Source: Tricharina praecox
Lineage: Eukaryota
Direction of reading: 5' to 3'
DNA length: 64,000 nucleotides
NCBI RefSeq assembly: GCF_024521635.1
Contig: NW_026250409.1
Coordinates: 1,364,001 to 1,428,000 of the forward strand
Under the pieces are notes generated by a model. It was not told where the DNA came from. It worked only from the letters and a program-made list of their open reading frames with translations, and ran no database searches. The position numbers and the translations under genes were made by a program. Shown in pieces: positions 61,001-64,000 of the stretch (its first letter is position 1; every line of letters begins with the position of its first letter).

Positions 61001-63478
61001 CGTGATAGCTACATTCGGACAGCGAGTTGGATTACCTTCTGCGACGCACATCTGGAAGAACACTGCTGTCACTACCCATCCTCTCAACTCGTCCATAGCC
61101 CCTCCATGCTTCTTCTTCTTCGCCGTCTTCTTCACGTTCCTCATATTTCCTCCGACGCGTACGACTTACTAAAGCCATATCAGATACGAGCTCCCGATCG
61201 TATCTGCAGTCTGGGGTCACTTTCGAGCTCCTGATTGCCCAGCGTTCCGCGGGCTTGCTATTGTACTATCACGTTCGTTGCTTATTCAGCCATGACGGGA
61301 GGCGTTGGGGGTTTACCCCTCTTTTCTACCTTCTCTCGAGGCTTAAGACTCAATCATCACAATCCAACGCTCGTCGTGCCACAGAGCGTCGAGTGAGCCC
61401 CGATGAACGCACGTGAAGCATGACAAATCGCTCTGGCATCGCGTACACGGGTGTAAGGGTATGTGGTGCACCCCATTAAGCGCCATTTGGTAGTAGTGGT
61501 GGTGCACGACCTTCCCTCACACCCGAGTACATACCGTTGCCGTTGCCGGTGCATACATATTTCCATCTGGACCGGCTGGGCCGGTCTGGGATCGACAAGC
61601 CACCCGCGCGTATGTAAGTACGTGCTGCCGTCCCGTCCGTCAGTCCGTCCTTCCTCGCGCGGACGCGGATGTGGCAGTCTCCTGCCGCAGCCTAGACTTT
61701 CCTTCCTTCGCACCTACATAGGTACAAATGCCATCTATACTTCGAGGCGGAGGGGTCACAGATTTCCGGTCGTTCTAGCCGTGCGATGTTTCAGTGATTG
61801 CAGGAGTCACAGAATAAACTTTGGTAAATCATCAGGCGGCGACTCGGAGGGGGCATGGGGTTCCTGGATCGTCCGCATCCGGAGTCCGGCGGCGCGGGGC
61901 GATGGCATGGGGCTATGTAGGTAGGTGAGTGTGCAGGACGAAGAAGCAGGGCGCACTGCACTGCACTGCACTGGCCGTTGGAATTTTTATGTGGTGGTGG
62001 TGATGGTGGTGGTGGTGGTGGATGTCGTTTTTTTTTGTGTGTGGGGGGAGAGCAGAGAGATACATGCTTTAGTAGTCATTAGTACCTACATACGGGAGAC
62101 GCCCCACGCTCTCCTTCCCCCGACCCCCCCACTCCGTCCCCAGTCTTCGGTCCCCCACCCCCCGGATGGAAAAACTCTGAGCTGGGGGCGCGCGGGCCAG
62201 GCTACGCTCGCTCGACCGACGAGCTTTCCGGCCGGGCCCAGCGAGTAAAGCACGCACGCACGTATGTACACTTACTGTGGTTCGAGGAGGTGAGCGCCTT
62301 GGGCCTGCGACTGATTTCTCCAGCAGCCTCCCCCTGTCTGCGCGGCACGGAGTTCGACGAGTATGCCGGCGCTGAAGCAGTCAAGCAAGCAATCAGGCAG
62401 ACAAGCAGGCGGAAATTTCTCGGCGAATTGGCTTGTGCCGAGCAGGATGCATCGCATGTCATGTTCGGGTTTCCCGGTTTCCCCTGTTGTCCCCTGGCCT
62501 GGCCTGGCCACTACGGTGCCCAGTCGTGTGATGATGATGACGATGATGTTGTTTACTTTCCGACGGGTTCAGTTGTGCGGATGATGAGGTTGGGTGAGGG
62601 GATACAGCGTGCAACGCACCGCAAAGTCGGGATGGTCGGAGTCATGACCTGCTTGCTCGTGTGCGGGATGGTTACGGCAGGGGAGATCTGTATGTCAGTC
62701 GACGAAGATCTTGTTCGACGCAGGATGATGATGCATAGCATGTAGAGTACCTCGCACACGCGCATCTGGTCCCGCCGCGATATGTCTCTTGTTCTGTCTC
62801 GATGTCTCGAATGTAAGGGTGATAATGATGATGTGCTGGCTGGCTGGCCGGCTGGCGCAAACATCTCATTGAGAAAATAAAAAGAAAGAAAAGAAAATAA
62901 AAAGAAAACGAAGAAGAAAAACAAATCTTCCGGTGGTGGAGTGATCGTACGTGCAGTGTGCAGTGCGCATTATTGCTACGATGATATCATGGAGCCTTTC
63001 CCCCTCTTCTCCTCCCCCTTCCCCCAGCACACGTGCGGTGGTTCTTTGGATGCAGTGAAACGTCTCGACTCGACTTGGGAATCTAGAGCCCCTCCCCCTC
63101 CGCCCGCGAGGGAACACGCCACGAGGCCCGCAGAGATCTAGAGGAGTTACATATGCGGAAAGTACGCACCTACTCCACTCACACTGCGCAGCTGACGGAG
63201 ATGCGACGTGCAACGAAGCTCAGCGATCGTTCAAACTCTGCAACTCCCAACTCTTGGCCGGGCACACTAGTTGATCAGTTTGACCAGCATCAGCTTATGT
63301 TGTGTGTATGTGCTACCTGGGTACCCATCGCCATGCCTCAATGCCGCTCACCCCCCCTCCCCCGGACTAAGTAAGGTTCACGATCAGGATCTGTTTGGAG
63401 TCTCGGCAGGCACGGGGCCGGCGGGGCGGGGCGGGCGGGTTAGGGTTTTGTGGGATCTCAGAACGTTAGCCTCCACTT

Positions 63479-63538
63479 CTCTGCCTCCCAGTCCTCTGCC
63501 TCCCAGTCCTCTGCCTCCCAGTCCTCTGCCTCCCAGTC
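63479..63538. repeat. 15-bp tandem repeat (CTCTGCCTCCCAGTC) x4
   Basis: Directly visible. Confidence 0.93.
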
Positions 63539-64000
63539 CGGTCCAGTCCAGCAGTCCAATCCGGCCAAGTTCGGTCCAGTCTGGTCCAGTCTGGCCCAGT
63601 CCTCCTTCGTCGCGACTCGCGACATCGATGGAGTCCGTCTCCAGGCTCGCTGTTGGGACTTTCGCGCAGCCTTACCGGACCCCTCTCCCCCCTCACGACA
63701 CGACAAACAGGCACGGCCGTGAGCGGGGCCCGCGATGATCGCAATCGACGACGACAACGATGACGATGATGATATTGGTGCTGATGTGATGGGTGGATGT
63801 CAGACCGTGTCGTGGGCGGGCGAGATGATCTACTAGTGGAGAGGGGACGAGAAAGAACACATCATATATGTTTTTAGCTGTTTAGCTGGCAACTCGTCAC
63901 GTATCTAACGTGCTGTTCGCGATGAATCCCCTCCCTTTTTGGCTCGAGCATGTATGTGCAGCGCCGGCTACCTACATGGCAGACACCACCCACACAGGCA

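Overview
This is eukaryotic DNA from a filamentous ascomycete, probably Pezizomycetes-like (an inference from intron style and gene families). Introns are short with GT...CTRAC...AG signals. I support 17 protein-coding genes: a partial Pro-rich protein, a divergent pair of uncharacterised genes (a Q-rich 'LRLDINL...IHGDLTL' protein and a DUF6987-like protein), a multi-pass membrane protein, two paralogous secreted But2-like proteins, AIM32-like, GYP7, an isochorismatase-family hydrolase, a DHA2-type MFS transporter head-to-head with a cysteine-synthase/rhodanese fusion, an ankyrin protein, CYC2, HUS1, LYS4, SER1, CAX4 and the Zn2Cys6 regulator farB/CTF1-beta. There are also two tRNA genes (Leu-CAG; intron-containing Glu-TTC) and two inverted copies of a ~260-bp hAT-like MITE. 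farB sits between two ~8-kb gene-free, microsatellite-rich regions. The best leads for undescribed biology are: (1) the hydrolase / MFS / Cys-synthase-rhodanese mini-cluster, (2) the DUF6987 / beta-motif divergent pair, and (3) a uORF in frame with farB whose stop lies in a TMV-like leaky context. All family calls are from motif recognition, not database searches.
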